32,000 nucleotides of DNA from Candidatus Saccharimonadota bacterium (GTDB lineage: Archaea > Nanohalarchaeota > Nanosalinia > Nanosalinales > Nanosalinaceae). A program made the position numbers and the translations under genes. The DNA lies in the NCBI GenBank assembly GCA_001761425.1, contig CP012986.1, positions 1,020,001 to 1,052,000 on the forward strand, read 5' to 3'. Below the pieces are notes generated by a model. The model searched no databases. It worked only from the letters and a program-made list of their open reading frames with translations, and was not told where the DNA came from. Positions 31,049-32,000 of the stretch are shown here, piece by piece (positions within the stretch are counted from its first letter, which is position 1; every line of letters starts with the position of its first letter).

Positions 31049-31630
31049 GTGGCTCCAACCCCACCAGGATTCGAAGAGTTACTCGCAAGCGGAGGAGAAA
31101 TAGGCCTCTTCTCCGGGATTCTACCCTTCATTATAACCTATACGATATTCTTCTTCCTGATAAGAAGAATAGGCCTTCTGGAAGAAAACAATGACACATT
31201 TGCAGCTATCCTGGCGATCGCATTCGCATTTTACACATCAAGATTCATCATTATGAATCCGGGATATCAGCAGTTCATGCTGGATTATGTCAGCCGTATA
31301 GCCTTGATAACAATAGGCCTACTAGGACTCTTGGTAGTACTTGCGTTCGTAGGCCTGGATCTCAGCAGCGATGTTCAGGGCCTTGGATATATCATGGCCT
31401 TGATAGTCATCGTAGCGTTCACGGTCTCAGGAGGCATACCCGTCATCGCCGGTGACGGTGCACTTGGACAGGTCCAGGAGATTATCAACTGGATGATAAA
31501 CAGCGGGACGATCTGGATACTGGCAGTGCTAGGCCTGCTCGGCTGGACATTGAGAGACAGCGATGACAGTGACAGCAATGGAGGCCTTCCAGAGATCTTC
31601 AGTGCTCTTGGAAACAACAGCGAGGGATAG
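31049..31630 (+). CDS. Hypothetical polytopic membrane protein (paralogue of the next ORF)
   Basis: 193 aa. GTG start with AGGTGA 9 nt upstream (31034-31039). GLFSGILPFIITYTIFFFLIRRIGLLEENNDTFAAILAIAFAFY aligns with the N-terminus of the next ORF. Confidence 0.6.
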   Translation: MAPTPPGFEELLASGGEIGLFSGILPFIITYTIFFFLIRRIGLLEENNDTFAAILAIAFAFYTSRFIIMNPGYQQFMLDYVSRIALITIGLLGLLVVLAFVGLDLSSDVQGLGYIMALIVIVAFTVSGGIPVIAGDGALGQVQEIINWMINSGTIWILAVLGLLGWTLRDSDDSDSNGGLPEIFSALGNNSEG

Positions 31631-31636
31631 ATCAGT

Positions 31637-32000
31637 ATGGGCGCATTCGACCAGATACTGACAATCATGTGGGATATGGGGTTAAACCTCTTTTTCCCAT
31701 GGCTTGTCATCCTCGCAGTAACCTACGGCCTACTTAACAAGTACGAGGTCATCAGCGAGGAGGATGGAGTCAACGGAGCCATAGCTATCGGAGTAGCATT
31801 CCTCGGTGTTCTAGGCCTTTCAGGAACCTCAGGAATATTCACCAGCTTTGCAGCTGCCATAACTTTCGGTGTTTTCGGAGTCCTAGGCCTGATGGTCCTC
31901 ATGGCTGTCGCAGGATACGATATCACAGAACACGCTGAAGACTCGACTTCAGGATTCGCAGTATTTGCAGCCCTTATAGGACTTATCTCATTCATGGCTG
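31637..32000 (+). CDS. Hypothetical polytopic membrane protein, 5' part (runs off the window; not in the supplied ORF track)
   Basis: I read frame 2 from ATG 31637 to 32000 with no stop: MGAFDQILTIMWDMGLNLFFPWLVILAVTYGLLNKYEVISEEDGVNGAIAIGVAFLGVLGL... It is paralogous to 31049-31630. The minus-strand ORFs 31375-31710 and 31723-31995 are its shadows. Confidence 0.55.
   Translation, partial: MGAFDQILTIMWDMGLNLFFPWLVILAVTYGLLNKYEVISEEDGVNGAIAIGVAFLGVLGLSGTSGIFTSFAAAITFGVFGVLGLMVLMAVAGYDITEHAEDSTSGFAVFAALIGLISFMA

Noticed and set aside
12680-32000. Idea that the hypothetical-rich blocks are an integrated virus, plasmid or genomic island
   Set aside because: I found no integrase, transposase, capsid, terminase or replication gene and no long flanking direct repeats. 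The AGGCCT density appears the same inside and outside the blocks, which argues for native or long-resident DNA. This cannot be fully excluded without compositional statistics.

Overview
This is a 32 kb archaeal chromosomal segment. The recognisable core genes are the 3' end of aEF-1alpha, ribosomal protein uS10, tRNA-Ser(GGA), an HtrA-like protease, Pelota, a Trm5-type tRNA methyltransferase and diphthine synthase. Predicted proteins are strongly acidic (D/E-rich) and genes are tightly packed, with many 1-4 nt start/stop overlaps. This suggests a small-genome, salt-in halophilic archaeon. A Nanohaloarchaeota/DPANN-like origin is my inference and cannot be shown without a database search. Between the core genes lie three blocks of unrecognisable, mostly secreted or membrane proteins. 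(i) 4.9-12.3 kb (+): an N-terminally anchored three-repeat protein, a 907-aa polytopic Cys-rich protein and three tandem paralogous lipobox proteins. (ii) 12.7-24.0 kb (-): a gene chain running from a Tat-motif acidic protein and a divergent ATP-grasp enzyme, through three paralogous helical acidic proteins, to a Tat-signal protein, a 1648-aa giant surface protein (PKD, CARDB-like and CarboxypepD_reg-like modules) and a 586-aa five-repeat membrane-anchored protein. (iii) 26.1 to >32.0 kb (+): nine consecutive membrane or small proteins plus a RimK-like ATP-grasp ligase. Two of these proteins combine TM segments, a Gly/Ser tether and a long acidic coiled coil. The strongest sequence-level signal is a more than 10-fold excess of the palindrome AGGCCT across coding and non-coding DNA. 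Other signals are duplicated tRNA ends and a hairpin family around tRNA-Ser, a 76-nt perfectly identical 3' segment shared by two otherwise diverged paralogues, and a shared 3'-end signature at several gene ends. I found no rRNA, CRISPR array, transposase or integrase.
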